Source: a virus. Taken from it: 32,602 nucleotides of DNA. The translations under genes and the position numbers were made by a program. Positions 30,215 to 32,602 of this stretch are shown piece by piece. Every line of letters starts with the position of its first letter. The first letter of the stretch is position 1. Location: the IMG/VR virus record IMGVR_UViG_3300031215_000004. One strand, written 5' to 3'. The notes under the pieces are model-generated. The model did no database searches, was not told the origin of the DNA, and saw only the letters and a program-made list of their open reading frames with translations.

Positions 30215-30755
30215 AGTCTGTTACCTCTTTTGTTAAATCTTTAAAAATTTGCAGTGCCTTTGCCTTATTGCCCTTTGGTTTCACAGAGGGGTATTCGTTC
30301 CAAAAAGTCTCAAAATACATTTCAGGTGTAAAAACAAATTCCCCTATATATATACTATTGTTATTTGTTACTTGGTCTTTGTTACTTGTATTCGCTATGC
30401 CACTCTTAGCTTTTGGCTTACCCACTGGCTTTACTGTTTTGTTCTTTTTCAATGCGTTAGACTTGTTCTTCTGTGACAGTTTCTGGTACTTCTCAAGCTC
30501 TCTTTGGACTCCATTGTGTAACCATACTGGGGTTTTAACGGTAAACTTTTTGATTAAAGTAGGCTTAACTTTTGACCACTGACGGGGTGAACACTTAGCC
30601 ATTCGTGCGAGTCGTTTATCATCATCGGGTAAGTTATTATCCGTCTGATACGCACATACAAGCAATGACATATAAGCACCAAACTCAAGGGCATCCATGT
30701 GATTAGTGCCGCCGATAAGCTTTTCAATGTTTAATTGTATGGTATGTATGTGCAT
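30024..30755 (-). CDS. DUF1376 (YdaU-like) replication-associated protein, 243 aa
   Basis: MDALEFGAYMSLLVCAYQTDNNLPDDDKRLARMAKCSPRQWSKVKPTLIKKF matches the DUF1376 N-domain pattern. The ATG at 30755 lies 1 nt after the HTH gene stop (the track's 30788 start overlaps it). Confidence 0.78.
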   Translation of the reverse strand: MHIHTIQLNIEKLIGGTNHMDALEFGAYMSLLVCAYQTDNNLPDDDKRLARMAKCSPRQWSKVKPTLIKKFTVKTPVWLHNGVQRELEKYQKLSQKNKSNALKKNKTVKPVGKPKAKSGIANTSNKDQVTNNNSIYIGEFVFTPEMYFETFWNEYPSVKPKGNKAKALQIFKDLTKEVTDYEQFDRATKEYRKFCDAGNYNQHATTWLNQRGWETEWADQVGRSGNGGNKSNAAKEAIMRGIS

Positions 30756-30756
30756 A

Positions 30757-30945
30757 TTAAACCCCAAGCTCTTTAAGCTTATCCTCAACCTTATGATAAT
30801 TTATTAAGGTTGGTACGGCAGTGCCTGTCACGTATGTTGATAAAGATGTTTCATGAACACCACAAAGACTTGCAAAACTTTTTTGAGAGTGACCTAGTTT
30901 TTTTATGCGCCAAGACCATGAGCCTATTGTTTTGTTTACTTCCAT
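30757..30945 (-). CDS. Cro/C1-type (XRE) helix-turn-helix regulator, 62 aa. First gene of the - arm.
   Basis: LGHSQKSFASLCGVHETSLSTYVTGTAVP is a canonical HTH_3 core. Immediately downstream of a consensus promoter. Confidence 0.85.
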   Translation of the reverse strand: MEVNKTIGSWSWRIKKLGHSQKSFASLCGVHETSLSTYVTGTAVPTLINYHKVEDKLKELGV

Positions 30946-30968
30946 TATTATTTACCCTTATTTTATTG

Positions 30969-30997
30969 TTGACAGTGCTAATTATATTCATTAAATT
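30969..30997 (+). promoter_or_regulatory. Rightward promoter: TTGACA-N17-TAAATT
   Basis: -35 at 30969-30974 and -10 at 30992-30997, about 45 nt upstream of the AGGAG/ATG of gene 31044. Confidence 0.55.
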
Positions 30998-31009
30998 AAA
31001 GATAGTCAA
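30981..31009 (-). promoter_or_regulatory. Leftward promoter: TTGACT-N17-TATAAT (on the - strand)
   Basis: -35 is the complement of 31004-31009 and -10 is the complement of 30981-30986. It interleaves with the rightward promoter and drives the HTH gene. Confidence 0.6.
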
Positions 31010-31043
31010 TAGGCACTGACACAAAAAACAAAAGGAGATTACT

Positions 31044-31463
31044 ATGACTGAAATAGATTTATTACCAAAAACCAGCAAAACTGTTGACTTCACACCAATT
31101 GAAATATCAGAAGACGCTGACCTTAATACTTTGCATGATATGCTTAATGGGGCACATGAGGCGCACGATAAGTATAAGAAAATGCTTGAGCACGTAAGGC
31201 AGGCTGACGCTATTACTGACGGTCTTACAGGCTGGACGTCTGATTATATGACAGAAGAATGTGAAACGCCTACTTATGAAGACAGCGCCCTTGACGTTAT
31301 CAGCGGTGTTAAAGATCACCTTATTGTACAGGTTGCACGATTCGCAAAACTTCAAGATGACCTTGAGGGTGAAATTTATGACGCTGTACAATGTGGAAAA
31401 GATGACGCTGAATACGGCACCTATGAAGAACAGGTCGCCTCAACTTATTGGGGGTCAAGATAA
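31044..31463 (+). CDS. Highly acidic early protein, 139 aa. First gene of the + arm.
   Basis: AGGAG RBS. About 31 D/E versus about 11 K/R by my count. No recognisable catalytic motif. Confidence 0.8.
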   Translation: MTEIDLLPKTSKTVDFTPIEISEDADLNTLHDMLNGAHEAHDKYKKMLEHVRQADAITDGLTGWTSDYMTEECETPTYEDSALDVISGVKDHLIVQVARFAKLQDDLEGEIYDAVQCGKDDAEYGTYEEQVASTYWGSR

Positions 31464-31642
31464 TGGCTATTAACCACCCCATACATGATGAGTATGTGAA
31501 AAGGTTTACGGGCTATCTTAAAAATTGCACCAACCTTAAAGAGCAACACGCAGACAGGCACGCCAGAAATATGGCGGACTTAGCTTTCACAACATTAAAA
31601 ATTTACAAAGAGGTTAAGCACGATGACAATCACACCAATTAA
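31463..31642 (+). CDS. Hypothetical protein, 59 aa
   Basis: The ATG at 31463 forms a TAATG overlap with the upstream stop (the track start 31448 is a TTG). It overlaps the exonuclease start by 20 nt. Confidence 0.6.
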   Translation: MAINHPIHDEYVKRFTGYLKNCTNLKEQHADRHARNMADLAFTTLKIYKEVKHDDNHTN

Positions 31643-32588
31643 AGACGATGCACATTGGCATGAGCTACGCAATAAAACCATTGGCGGCAGTGAGGTGGGC
31701 ATTGTGTTTGGCGTGTCTTCTTACAGCACGCTTAATGAGTTGTTTCATGTGAAACGCGGCAATTATAAAGAAGACCTTGAAGGCTCAAAACTCATGCAAT
31801 GGGGTAAGGCGATGGAGCCAGTTATTGCTGCTTTTATTTCTGGCGAAATGTATTGGGATTTAGTGCCCTGCAAAGAATACCACCAGCACCCAGAGCACCC
31901 GCACCTTGGCAGCACACTTGATTATCATGTCGTACAGAGTGAGCACGGCCCGGGTCTGCTTGAAATTAAAAACGTAAGCACTTTTTCCCCAGAGTGGACG
32001 CAGACACGTGCGCCCAATTACTGTGAGCTGCAACTACAACACCAATTTTTAACGGTCAACGCAGCAAGGCAAGCAGCAGGCTTACCGACTTACAAGTGGG
32101 GCTGTATTGGCTCAATGCACGCTGGTAACCCAGAAGATATACGCATTATGTACCGCAAGCCCGACCCAAAGGTGCACGCGCATATCATTAAAAAGGTGGG
32201 TGAGTTTTGGCAAGACGTTCAAGACTGTAAAGAGCCTGACCTTATGGGCCACAAAGAGTACGAGCACATCGCTGCCATGTTTGGTAAGTGTGAAGACCCA
32301 CCAGCAGAGCAAGAAATTATTGACAGTAGGGGTGACGCTTTACTTGACGACCTCATTTGCAGGCATGAAAACGCCAAGCATGATAAAAGCGTTGCTGATA
32401 AAGAGCAGAAAATGCTCAAGGCAAAAATCTTGCATCACCTTATGGTGGTCAGCCCAGAGGGTGTGACCAAACGAATCGGCGCACGCACAGATAATTATGG
32501 TGTTGAGACTAAGGTCGTACAAACCAACCGCAAGGCACAACCAGCAAAGCAAGGCACACAGCTGCGCTTTACAATTAGAGAGGTATAA
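31623..32588 (+). CDS. YqaJ / lambda-Exo-like PD-(D/E)XK recombination exonuclease, 321 aa
   Basis: WHELRNKTIGGSEVGIVFGVSSYSTLNELF...MQWGKAMEP...STLDYHV...GLLEIKN matches the YqaJ pattern (W..R...I..S......Y.S...L, E-x-K). Partner of the downstream RecT across the end overlap. Confidence 0.9.
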   Translation: MTITPIKDDAHWHELRNKTIGGSEVGIVFGVSSYSTLNELFHVKRGNYKEDLEGSKLMQWGKAMEPVIAAFISGEMYWDLVPCKEYHQHPEHPHLGSTLDYHVVQSEHGPGLLEIKNVSTFSPEWTQTRAPNYCELQLQHQFLTVNAARQAAGLPTYKWGCIGSMHAGNPEDIRIMYRKPDPKVHAHIIKKVGEFWQDVQDCKEPDLMGHKEYEHIAAMFGKCEDPPAEQEIIDSRGDALLDDLICRHENAKHDKSVADKEQKMLKAKILHHLMVVSPEGVTKRIGARTDNYGVETKVVQTNRKAQPAKQGTQLRFTIREV

Positions 32589-32602
32589 TCATGCTTACAA
32601 AC
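32476..32602. repeat. Second copy of the 127-bp end overlap (identical to 1-127)
   Basis: Direct comparison of both ends of the window. Confidence 0.9.

Noticed and set aside
30946-31043. SOS (LexA) boxes or CtrA boxes in the switch region and in the 3091-3249 gap
   Set aside because: No GTTC-N7-GTTC or CTGT-N8-ACAG match. The nearest sequences (CTG-N8-CAG at about 3190-3204, and TTAA repeats with the wrong spacing near 30991) do not fit the consensus spacing.

Overview
The window is a complete, circularly closed tailed-phage genome. Bases 1-127 are identical to 32476-32602, so the unique length is about 32,475 bp. Coding density is very high, and most gene junctions are TAATG or ATGA start/stop overlaps.

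There are two divergent transcription arms. They leave a roughly 100-bp switch region (30946-31043) that carries two interleaved near-consensus sigma70-type promoters. They converge on a bidirectional terminator near 2844-2872.

The short + arm runs 31044 -> wraps through the end overlap -> 2736. It encodes:
- a very acidic first gene
- a YqaJ/lambda-Exo-like exonuclease
- RecT with a C-terminal DnaJ-type zinc finger
- a low-GC two-gene cassette whose second gene is a (Gly-[Tyr/Asp/Ser])33 protein, encoded by a hexanucleotide array with invariant codons
- a GapR (DUF2312) homologue
- a protein with only a LexA-like DNA-binding domain

The long - arm runs 30945 -> 2896. In transcription order it encodes:
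- a Cro-like HTH protein, a DUF1376 replication-associated protein, RusA and several small ORFs
- TerS, a beta-class DNA methyltransferase, three small ORFs, TerL and a GNAT acetyltransferase
- the portal, five genes of unknown function, scaffold and major capsid protein
- T7-like tail tubular proteins A and B, internal virion proteins (one with a phage tail-lysozyme domain) and a T7-type tail fibre
- two membrane proteins, an M15 endolysin, a GTA-type holin and a Lys/Ala-rich basic protein

I saw no tRNA, rRNA, CRISPR array, integrase, DNA polymerase or RNA polymerase. GapR plus the GTA-family holin suggest an alphaproteobacterial host; this is inference only.

The most unusual element is the 1178-1880 cassette with the (GGC-NNT)33 array. 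Other points worth a second look are the accessory genes inserted at normally tight morphogenesis junctions (TerS/TerL, TerL/portal, portal/scaffold), the overlapping-promoter switch, and the acidic first early gene.

Coordinates of hand-derived small features may be off by about 1 nt.
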